Shown here piece by piece: positions 44,685 through 52,322 of a DNA stretch of 56,319 bases. The translations under genes and the position numbers were made by a program. How positions within the stretch are numbered: the first letter of the stretch is position 1; every line of letters begins with the position of its first letter. Below the pieces are notes generated by a model. That model made no database searches. It was not told the origin of the DNA and worked only from the letters and a program-made list of their open reading frames with translations. Source of the DNA: a virus (lineage: Duplodnaviria; Caudoviricetes); the IMG/VR virus record IMGVR_UViG_3300020478_000009, positions 1 to 56,319 of that record; one strand, written 5' to 3'.

Positions 44685-45380
44685 ATGCCGGATGTTCCAC
44701 CAAGTAAGTATCCTGTAGCTATACAAGGCGGTTCGATTTCACCTAGTGACAACTGGGTGAATCAAATGAGCGATACCGATTACATTGACGAAGCTGTTGT
44801 TCTGTTAGACACCGCTACTGTTACTGGTAGTTCCACTTCAGATATTACATTTACTTCAAACCTCTATGGTCAGAACGATTGGCGCAGATATGAACAACTC
44901 AGATGGGTTTGGTACGCCGATATAGATAACAGTTACGGAACTGGTATTGATTACACTTATATTGCCGCTCAGTTGGGTCCATATCCGACTTCTACTCCGT
45001 ATTCAGCGAACTATGGAACAATGATGTATGGTCGAAATCCAAATACTGGAGGTGAAGTTTGGAACGCCGCTTTAGCAGGTCCCGCTATTTATTGCGGCAT
45101 TTTAAGCCGAGACACTTCTTATCGAGGGAACTGTGTGATCATGGATTTCTATACAGGTCATGGGATGAATAAGCAAGGTTCTTTAGCGAGTCTTGCAGGC
45201 GGTAAAGAAGCTGGAGGTGTTGCAACAGGTAGTGTTGCTATTACTACTCCTGAACCTATTATGATAGCGAGGTTCATCTGTTATGTTCAGACTGGTACAT
45301 TAACTACTTTTGCGGTAGGAACTACAGTAAGTATGTATGGTTTCTTCGGGAATGATGGTGGAACAGGAGATTGGGAATAA
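44685..45380 (+). CDS. Beta-rich putative receptor-binding paralog 1
   Basis: ITFTS...GTTVSMYG pattern shared across the array. Confidence 0.6.
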   Translation: MPDVPPSKYPVAIQGGSISPSDNWVNQMSDTDYIDEAVVLLDTATVTGSSTSDITFTSNLYGQNDWRRYEQLRWVWYADIDNSYGTGIDYTYIAAQLGPYPTSTPYSANYGTMMYGRNPNTGGEVWNAALAGPAIYCGILSRDTSYRGNCVIMDFYTGHGMNKQGSLASLAGGKEAGGVATGSVAITTPEPIMIARFICYVQTGTLTTFAVGTTVSMYGFFGNDGGTGDWE

Positions 45381-45955
45381 TGGGTGCGGCGGCTTATACA
45401 CATTTAATAACAAAAACTGCCAGCACTTACGTTGGCAATTTCTATTTTGAAAACATACCGCAAACATACCGCACGATAATGGGTATTGTGACTGGTCAAT
45501 GCACTACTTCTTCAAGTGGTGGAGAGAACAATATGGATATATGTATCAATCCGGCTGGTGGTAACACTTCAGGTTATACGTCTCCTGATTTTGGTTGGAA
45601 TAAAGGTTTTCAAGTTGCAGGAACAAGTGGACAAACTGTATACAACGGCTACAATTCTTCAAGCTCTTTTGTAGGTTTGTTTTACAATTCTTTTTGGTTC
45701 ACACATTGTGACGATGTGCAAAATACTTGTATATTCCATTTACACGATTACGCTAACGCTAACACGATAACAACAATTTCGTGGCAGGCAGGCTCAAATT
45801 ATAGAGGCACTTCTGATAGTGCTTCTGCAATGCCGGGGTTTGCTTTGAGTTGTGGTGGCACAAACCAAGTAGGTGCGACAACAAGCTTAACTGTAGGACC
45901 AAGCGGTAGTTTTCAATCAGGGGCTAGAATCTCTCTTTACGGAATGGCATCCTAA
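45380..45955 (+). CDS. Beta-rich putative receptor-binding paralog 2
   Basis: FENIPQTY...DYAN...GARISLYG. Confidence 0.6.
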   Translation: MGAAAYTHLITKTASTYVGNFYFENIPQTYRTIMGIVTGQCTTSSSGGENNMDICINPAGGNTSGYTSPDFGWNKGFQVAGTSGQTVYNGYNSSSSFVGLFYNSFWFTHCDDVQNTCIFHLHDYANANTITTISWQAGSNYRGTSDSASAMPGFALSCGGTNQVGATTSLTVGPSGSFQSGARISLYGMAS

Positions 45956-46500
45956 TGGCGAGTGTAGAAGTTATAGACTCCGCAAGTGGTACAGGAGCGG
46001 CTGTATCTATGTCACTTACTGGAATTTCAGGCGACTATAAACACATTCAAGCGTGTATGTTTCTTAGAACAAGTAACGCTTCCGAAACCGACACTTTTTG
46101 GATGACGGTAAACAGTTCGACTGCGAGTCAGTATTATATAGCTGGTATAAATTCAGGATTTAATTCCACAGGACCTCCTTGGCCATTTGCAGAAACATCC
46201 GCAGGAACTACGATGTATGCGGCATTAGGACCTATGGTTTCGGGTAATGGTGCGACTGCTGGCGCTCATACACCTATTGAAATGTGGTTTGTTAACTATG
46301 CGGATAGCACTACGAAAAACTGTGGGATCATAACTTGGAGAGCTGGAGATAATACAAACAATTCAACTAATTCAAAAAATCCTGTTGGTGTCGCTGGCTG
46401 GTATTCAGACGTAGCAGAAGCTGTAACAAGTATTCAGATAGGTTGCGGTAATAATATAGATACCGATTCGTGGATCACACTTTACGGTTGGAGAGGTTAA
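45955..46500 (+). CDS. Beta-rich putative receptor-binding paralog 3
   Basis: ISGDYKHI...NYAD...AVTSI...ITLYG. Confidence 0.6.
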   Translation: MASVEVIDSASGTGAAVSMSLTGISGDYKHIQACMFLRTSNASETDTFWMTVNSSTASQYYIAGINSGFNSTGPPWPFAETSAGTTMYAALGPMVSGNGATAGAHTPIEMWFVNYADSTTKNCGIITWRAGDNTNNSTNSKNPVGVAGWYSDVAEAVTSIQIGCGNNIDTDSWITLYGWRG

Positions 46501-46502
46501 AC

Positions 46503-47243
46503 ATGGGAGACGGATCAGCTTACAATTTTTACAGCAGTATAAATGGCACATGGGATGGCAGATACAATCCTTCTGAAATTCGTGACAGGACAGCTAATCA
46601 TCGTGCCGCTGGTTACGGAATGGTGCTTATAGATTCTGCTACTGTGTCAGGTTCAACCACTCACGCTGTGGAGTTTACGAGCATAACAGGTGATCCGATT
46701 AAAGATTTCAGAAGATACGGATTGCTGTGGGTTGTTGGTCACGTTCAAAACGATGATCCCACTTATGGACAAATGTATTATCATTACGCATGGGATAAAT
46801 ACAACAAAAACTATTATTACCACTCAATGTATTCGACAGTTACTAATGTTTCTACTGCTTGGGCTGGGCGTAATGGAACTTCGCCATATAACTATGGACG
46901 ATATGTTGATTGGTCTTACGGTGGGTTTTGGGCAGGTATGGTCGGTTCAAGCGATCAAACAGGTTCGGGTGCAGGTTCGACATCTGATAATTGGGGGATG
47001 ACTCAAGCATGGTTCTCAGGTTCTTCTAATAACAGAATTGGCGGTCAGGTGATGATGAGTCAATGCACTCAACTAAGTGATAATAGCACAAGCGGTTATT
47101 TAGTTAATTTTGTTGCAGGTCAAGTTTACGGTGACAAGATAGATTGTATTGTTGCTTTAGCGGAACAAATGACTGGAAGTCATGCATGGACAGCAGGTTC
47201 AACTTTTGAACTGTACGGCTATCCAAGAAACACGGTGTCATAA
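46503..47243 (+). CDS. Beta-rich putative receptor-binding paralog 4
   Basis: VEFTSI...GSTFELYG; resembles paralog 1. Confidence 0.6.
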   Translation: MGDGSAYNFYSSINGTWDGRYNPSEIRDRTANHRAAGYGMVLIDSATVSGSTTHAVEFTSITGDPIKDFRRYGLLWVVGHVQNDDPTYGQMYYHYAWDKYNKNYYYHSMYSTVTNVSTAWAGRNGTSPYNYGRYVDWSYGGFWAGMVGSSDQTGSGAGSTSDNWGMTQAWFSGSSNNRIGGQVMMSQCTQLSDNSTSGYLVNFVAGQVYGDKIDCIVALAEQMTGSHAWTAGSTFELYGYPRNTVS

Positions 47244-47812
47244 TGGCTACTGGGTATAAGAACTCGATGACATATTTAGGCACAACAACTGTTTATTATT
47301 GGGCGAGTACGGAATTTGATACAACGATTGCCAATTTGCTTCATGGTCAAAGTTGGGATCATCTACGAATGTTTATGGTAACTACTAACGCTCAGTCAAC
47401 TAATCAAATGGGATCTAATTTTGCAATAGAAATAAATGGTGATACGACAGCTAGTAATTATTTCAAAACTTTCTATTACACACAAGATGGGGGTTCAACT
47501 TTAACACATTCCACAGGACAGGATAACAACTGGTGGTTTAATGGACCTAGATATAATCTCACTTCAGGTACTTATCAGTCTTGGGGAGGTGATACGTTAG
47601 TAATAGGAGATTTCTATAACGTTAATTCATCAAGTTTGAAAACTGAATATAAAAGTAGGCAAATTCAAGCTGACAGAACGGCTAACTACTATTCAGGATT
47701 TACTCTAGGTATATGGGACAACACAGCGGCGGTAACAAGTATTAAGATTAAGACAACCGGCTATTTTATGACAGGTAGTTCGCTTACTTGGTATGGGTAT
47801 AATTCAGAATGA
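47243..47812 (+). CDS. Beta-rich putative receptor-binding paralog 5
   Basis: INGDTTASNY...WDNTAAVTSI...GSSLTWYG. Confidence 0.6.
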   Translation: MATGYKNSMTYLGTTTVYYWASTEFDTTIANLLHGQSWDHLRMFMVTTNAQSTNQMGSNFAIEINGDTTASNYFKTFYYTQDGGSTLTHSTGQDNNWWFNGPRYNLTSGTYQSWGGDTLVIGDFYNVNSSSLKTEYKSRQIQADRTANYYSGFTLGIWDNTAAVTSIKIKTTGYFMTGSSLTWYGYNSE

Positions 47813-48342
47813 GTGCTTCAAGTCCTTTTACAATAATGGAAACTGCTACAGGCACAGGTAGTGCTTCTGCTATTACGTTTAGTTCTATTCCGCAGACGTT
47901 CAAAAGTTTGATGATAGTAGGTCAAGTAAAATCAGATATAGCTACTGGCAATGACGGTTTTTATTTGACGGTTAATGGTGATGCTACGGTTTCTCATTAT
48001 TCAGGTAAGTCCACTTTTAATTACAACGGCACAATGTATTATCAGGATTATTACAGTAGTTACGCTGGTTGGTATGTTACAGCTATCCCTTCAGATGGTT
48101 GGTATGCTGACAAACTGGGTTGGATGGATGTTCTCATTCCGAATTACACGCAGAGCAGTAATTGGCAAACGATGCAAGTAGAAACAGGTATTCAAAACAC
48201 AAACACTACGGAATCAATGTTTGCTCAAGCAAATGGGGCTTGGACTAATTCAACGACAGCGGCAGTAACATCATTAACATTTACGTTAATGTCAGGGAAT
48301 TGGACTACAGACAGCAAAATAACTATGTATGGATTAGGATAG
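47809..48342 (+). CDS. Beta-rich putative receptor-binding paralog 6
   Basis: ITFSSIPQTFKSL...PNY...AAVTSL...ITMYG. Confidence 0.6.
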   Translation: MSASSPFTIMETATGTGSASAITFSSIPQTFKSLMIVGQVKSDIATGNDGFYLTVNGDATVSHYSGKSTFNYNGTMYYQDYYSSYAGWYVTAIPSDGWYADKLGWMDVLIPNYTQSSNWQTMQVETGIQNTNTTESMFAQANGAWTNSTTAAVTSLTFTLMSGNWTTDSKITMYGLG

Positions 48343-48350
48343 GAGACATT

Positions 48351-48644
48351 ATGGCAAATCCAATGAGATTAACAAATGAATCGGGTGAATGGAAAGAAGT
48401 CGAAATGACTGACGAAGAAGTCGCCCAAATGGAAAAAAGCAATGAAGAAGCTGATAAAAATATAGACAGTATCCGACCTGAACGTGACAGTCGATTAGAT
48501 CGGTCAGATTGGACGATTGGTAACGATTCACCACTTTCAACATCGAAACAGGATGAATGGAAAACATACAGGCAAAAATTAAGAGATTTACCTGCCGCAT
48601 TTTCTAAAGTTTCAGAAGTTGTGTGGCCGACACCACCAAGTTAA
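48351..48644 (+). CDS. Tail fibre assembly chaperone
   Basis: R.ERD..L..SDWT...W..YRQKLRDLP...WPTPP. Confidence 0.8.
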   Translation: MANPMRLTNESGEWKEVEMTDEEVAQMEKSNEEADKNIDSIRPERDSRLDRSDWTIGNDSPLSTSKQDEWKTYRQKLRDLPAAFSKVSEVVWPTPPS

Positions 48645-48647
48645 GAC

Positions 48648-49949
48648 ATGGCTTTTAATGGCAGGATAAACCCTAAACGGTTTAGGAGAGCGCAAGCTCA
48701 AGGTTATGCTCCTTTTGTTTGCGCCGCACCAACTAGTTGTGCCGTGTGGCGAGATGATGCTTCTTTGACTGTAACTTGGAAAGCGCCTGACACTAAAGGG
48801 CAGACTCTTGAAAGTTATGTTGTTTCGTATTCGAGCGATGGTGGTTCTAATTGGACTATTGCTTCAAGCTCAGTTTCATCGAGCGATACCGCTTATGACA
48901 TTACTGGTTTAACTAACGGCACTACATATATTTGTTCAGTTCAAGCGGTTACTTGGAAAGCAGGACTAAGGGGTTTAACTGGTAGTGTCGCACCTGCGGC
49001 ATCTATGAGTTATACAGTAACTGGAAGTCCTGACGAAGTTAAATACTACTCTGTGAATGACGCTGTTAATGGTGTCGGTTACAAGAAACAGTATGTCAAG
49101 TTTAACGCTTCAGGGAGTATATCTTTTACGACTAATCCGTCAAGTGTAAGTGTTACTGCCGCTGTTGTAGGCGGTGGAGGAGGAGCAGGTCGGACTGGTG
49201 GCTCATACGGCGGTGGCGGCGGTGGTGGTGGACAAAATGCAGAACACACCATAGGTCACCTCGATGTAACCAGTAACACACTTACGGTAACTGTTGGAGC
49301 CGGAGGAGCTTATGGTGGTAGCGCTGGAGATCCTTCTTCCGGTTCGGATTCAAGTATTACCAATTCAGGAGGAGCGGCAACCATTTACGGCAAAGGTGGA
49401 GGTCGTGGAGGAAACGGTTGGTCAGGCGCTAGTCCTCATGCTGGTTCTGCGAGTGGTAGTTCTTACGGTTCAGGTGGTGGTGGTATTTACAGCGGACAAA
49501 AAGGATACTCAGGTGGTGCGATTTACGGAAATAACGGAGGTGAAGGAGCCTCAAACTGGTCTTATGGAGCAAGAACAGCAGGCGCTGGTGGCGGCATGGG
49601 CGCTGTTGGTGGCAACGCATATGTCTATCCTTATGCGGGCGGTCAATCATACGGCGGTTACGGTGGTCAAGGTGTAACACGACAACACGGTGGCAGTTGG
49701 TTCAATATGGGTGGCGGCGGCGGTGGTGGAGGAATGTATAATTCCGGTGGAGCAGCATGGTTGTTTACCAGTTACGGTTACGGTGGCGGCGGCGCTGGGT
49801 ACTCAGGTGGCTATTACGGAGCCGCTCCGGTAACACCCCAAGGGGGTAATGGAACCGCAAATTACGGCGGTGGTGGTGGTGGCGGCGGCTACAGTAATGA
49901 TGGCGGTTCAGGTGGTTCAGGTACTGTTTTAATGAAGTGGGATGTGTAA
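48648..49949 (+). CDS. FN3 + glycine-rich domain tail protein
   Basis: VTWKAP..Y.V..GLTNGTTY (FN3); VVGGGGG and GGSGGSG.V Gly-rich domain. Confidence 0.75.
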   Translation: MAFNGRINPKRFRRAQAQGYAPFVCAAPTSCAVWRDDASLTVTWKAPDTKGQTLESYVVSYSSDGGSNWTIASSSVSSSDTAYDITGLTNGTTYICSVQAVTWKAGLRGLTGSVAPAASMSYTVTGSPDEVKYYSVNDAVNGVGYKKQYVKFNASGSISFTTNPSSVSVTAAVVGGGGGAGRTGGSYGGGGGGGGQNAEHTIGHLDVTSNTLTVTVGAGGAYGGSAGDPSSGSDSSITNSGGAATIYGKGGGRGGNGWSGASPHAGSASGSSYGSGGGGIYSGQKGYSGGAIYGNNGGEGASNWSYGARTAGAGGGMGAVGGNAYVYPYAGGQSYGGYGGQGVTRQHGGSWFNMGGGGGGGGMYNSGGAAWLFTSYGYGGGGAGYSGGYYGAAPVTPQGGNGTANYGGGGGGGGYSNDGGSGGSGTVLMKWDV

Positions 49950-50464
49950 TGGCACATTTCGCTGAGGTAGATGAAAGCAACATAGTTTTACAAATTGTGG
50001 TACTTAGCAATACTGAAATCGCAGATGGTCGTTTCGCTTCAGGTGAATCTGAACAGAAAGGGATTGATTTCTTAAACAATCTATTTCCTGATTCTAAAAC
50101 TTGGGTGCAAACTTCGTACAACGAAAACTTTAGAGGAAAGTATGCGAGGATCGGTGGGACTTACGATAAAGATTTAGATAAGTTCATACCAATAAAACCG
50201 TTTGATTCTTGGGTTTGGAATAACTCGGAAAACAACTGGGAAGCACCAGTTCAACCGCAACCTGTTGGTCAAATATGGAATGAAGAAAAAGGCGAGTGGG
50301 AAATCCCTGAAAAGCCTTCAGATGTTCCCCCTTCATGGGAATGGGATTCAACGAACGGTGGATGGATACCACCTGACGGTATTGGTGTCCCTGAATTTGA
50401 AGAAGGTAAGATTAAAGAGTGGGATGAGGAGAACAGACAATGGACTGTTCGTGATGTAACATAG
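49949..50464 (+). CDS. Conserved partner of Gly-rich tail proteins
   Basis: MAHFAE, WVQTSYN..FRGKYA.IG.TYD, Trp repeats. Confidence 0.7.
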   Translation: MAHFAEVDESNIVLQIVVLSNTEIADGRFASGESEQKGIDFLNNLFPDSKTWVQTSYNENFRGKYARIGGTYDKDLDKFIPIKPFDSWVWNNSENNWEAPVQPQPVGQIWNEEKGEWEIPEKPSDVPPSWEWDSTNGGWIPPDGIGVPEFEEGKIKEWDEENRQWTVRDVT

Positions 50465-50468
50465 TTGA

Positions 50469-51218
50469 ATGAACATTCCTACGACTAAAAGCACAGTTCA
50501 ACTGGACTTATTGCATCCACGATTCGTGACAAGACTTGAAGCTTTTTTTCAAGATCCGCAAATCAAAGGCAAGGTAGCTGTTTCATCCGGTTGCAGAAGC
50601 TACGCCGATCAGAAGTATTACTATGATCGTTACAAGTCAGGTCGTAGCACCATTCTTGCGGCTAATCCTGATAGGCGTTTCGGTGAGAAAGCTTTAGATG
50701 GTTTGGGTATATGGCGAGGCTCATGGCACATGCAACAGCTTGACGGCTGGTGTTACGCAGTGGACCTCGCTCAAATGGATAAGTCGATTAGCAAACCGGA
50801 AATAAATCGCATAGCCACAATGTATGGTGTCCAGCCAACTGTTGCTTCTGAGTGGTGGCATCACCAGCCTCGTAAATCAACTGACTGGTTTGAAGCTCCA
50901 GCTTTGAAGGGTGAATCAACTGAAGCCCCTGATGCTCCTGAACCTAAGATTGATTGGGCGGCGATAGCGGCGGCGATTAAGAAGCAACGTCAACAGGTTA
51001 GAAAAACTCCGTTGACTAAAGGCTCAAAAGGTGACGCTGTTAAAACCATTCAGACTTGCATGGGAAATCAGGGAATTAGATGCGGTGTAGCTGACGGTAT
51101 CTTTGGTCGTAAGACAGCTACAGCGGTTAAACAACTTCAAAAGAACCATCGTCTACCTGTAAATGGTATTGTTGACATTAAGACCTTTGATGTTTCTTTT
51201 AAAGAAAGAGGAAGATAA
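50469..51218 (+). CDS. Endolysin: M15-type Zn peptidase + peptidoglycan-binding domain
   Basis: SGCRSY..Q, SWH..AVD, EWWH; C-terminal DGIFG..T..AVKQLQ...L..GIVD. Confidence 0.82.
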   Translation: MNIPTTKSTVQLDLLHPRFVTRLEAFFQDPQIKGKVAVSSGCRSYADQKYYYDRYKSGRSTILAANPDRRFGEKALDGLGIWRGSWHMQQLDGWCYAVDLAQMDKSISKPEINRIATMYGVQPTVASEWWHHQPRKSTDWFEAPALKGESTEAPDAPEPKIDWAAIAAAIKKQRQQVRKTPLTKGSKGDAVKTIQTCMGNQGIRCGVADGIFGRKTATAVKQLQKNHRLPVNGIVDIKTFDVSFKERGR

Positions 51219-51562
51219 TGACTGATCATGCGTGGCTTAGTGTCACAAATAATTCAAACGTAACTGAAGTGCGTTCACTTCAGGAAGCGTTGGTTGCTAA
51301 AGGACACCGTATCGGTATAGATGGGCGATTCGGTATTAGCACTCAGCGTTGTGTGGTTGAGTTTCAGAACGAAAACAATCTCACGCCTGATGGTAACGTT
51401 GGTCCTGCAACTTGGGCCGCTCTAGAGGGTGGCGCTAAGAAAAAGAAAGCAGAACCTAAAGTAGAAGCTGAAGAAAAAGCTGAGGAGAAAAAACCTGCAA
51501 CTAAGAAAGCCCCAGCTAAGAAAGCTCCAGCTAAAAAAGCTCCAGCTAAGAAAGGCTCCTGA
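51218..51562 (+). CDS. Peptidoglycan-binding protein with Lys-rich PAKK tail
   Basis: LQ..L..IDGRFG..T..FQ..LTPDG.VGPATW; KKAPA x3. Confidence 0.75.
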   Translation: MTDHAWLSVTNNSNVTEVRSLQEALVAKGHRIGIDGRFGISTQRCVVEFQNENNLTPDGNVGPATWAALEGGAKKKKAEPKVEAEEKAEEKKPATKKAPAKKAPAKKAPAKKGS

Positions 51563-51831
51563 TGTTAGGAAACCTTAAATTAGATTGGGGACAAATCCGG
51601 GATGTGGCGGAAAGAGCCATATCCACTTATGCACAAACGGTAGTTGGTCTTTATTTGGCTGGTGGTTTAACAGAAATTTCTATTTCTGGAGTAAAAACTT
51701 TGGCTATTGGTGCGTTACCTGCGGCATTGTCTATCGTAAAGAGCTATGCTTGTAGTATTCTTCCGATTGGGGATGCTTCGGCTTCGCTCTTAAAGGCTAG
51801 TCCGAATAATGCGGAACTACCGGAAGACTAA
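51562..51831 (+). CDS. Holin (r1t-like)
   Basis: AERAISTYAQ, two hydrophobic segments, ALSIVKS; in lysis cassette. Confidence 0.75.
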   Translation: MLGNLKLDWGQIRDVAERAISTYAQTVVGLYLAGGLTEISISGVKTLAIGALPAALSIVKSYACSILPIGDASASLLKASPNNAELPED

Positions 51832-51859
51832 TTAAGCTATAAATTTTATCTAAAAAGTA

Positions 51860-51894
51860 GTGTCCTGTGTGACCTGATGGAGTCACAATGGACA
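51860..51894 (+). promoter_or_regulatory. GTGTCC-N3-GTGACC in a hairpin covering SD and start codon
   Basis: TGTCC..TGTGAC pairs with GTCACA..GGACA across GGAG and ATG 51888. Confidence 0.55.
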
Positions 51895-52322
51895 GTAAAG
51901 AGCTTACAGAAGCATTAACTAACATTCAGGATAAGCTGAATGAGATCATTCCCTGTCGTTGTGCGCCTGAAAAAGCCCCGGAACAAAGCAAAATAGAACA
52001 GGCAACGTCTTTAATTGACAAAATTAAAGATAATATCGCATATATTGTTGGTTTGCCTGCAACTCTGGGCGGGGCCTTTGGGTTCCTTTGGGATTCATCG
52101 GCTGAAGAAGCCGAGTTGACACACAAGGTTACAATGCTTGAAGAAGCTGTTGCTGGCCTTAAAGCGGAAAATGACTTACTAGGTGGAGGAACAAAGAATT
52201 TCTCTATTGATATGAGTTCAGCCCCGGGAGGTTCCCTGACGGTAATAGTTATAGCAGGAGTAATCGCTGTAGCTGTTGGGTTTCTGATTGTTTATCAGAA
52301 GCGCCGTAGAAGCCATTCTTGA
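51888..52322 (+). CDS. Membrane protein (two hydrophobic segments, basic C-tail)
   Basis: IVGLPATLGGAFGFLW and VIVIAGVIAVAVGFLIVY-KRRR. Confidence 0.65.
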   Translation: MDSKELTEALTNIQDKLNEIIPCRCAPEKAPEQSKIEQATSLIDKIKDNIAYIVGLPATLGGAFGFLWDSSAEEAELTHKVTMLEEAVAGLKAENDLLGGGTKNFSIDMSSAPGGSLTVIVIAGVIAVAVGFLIVYQKRRRSHS

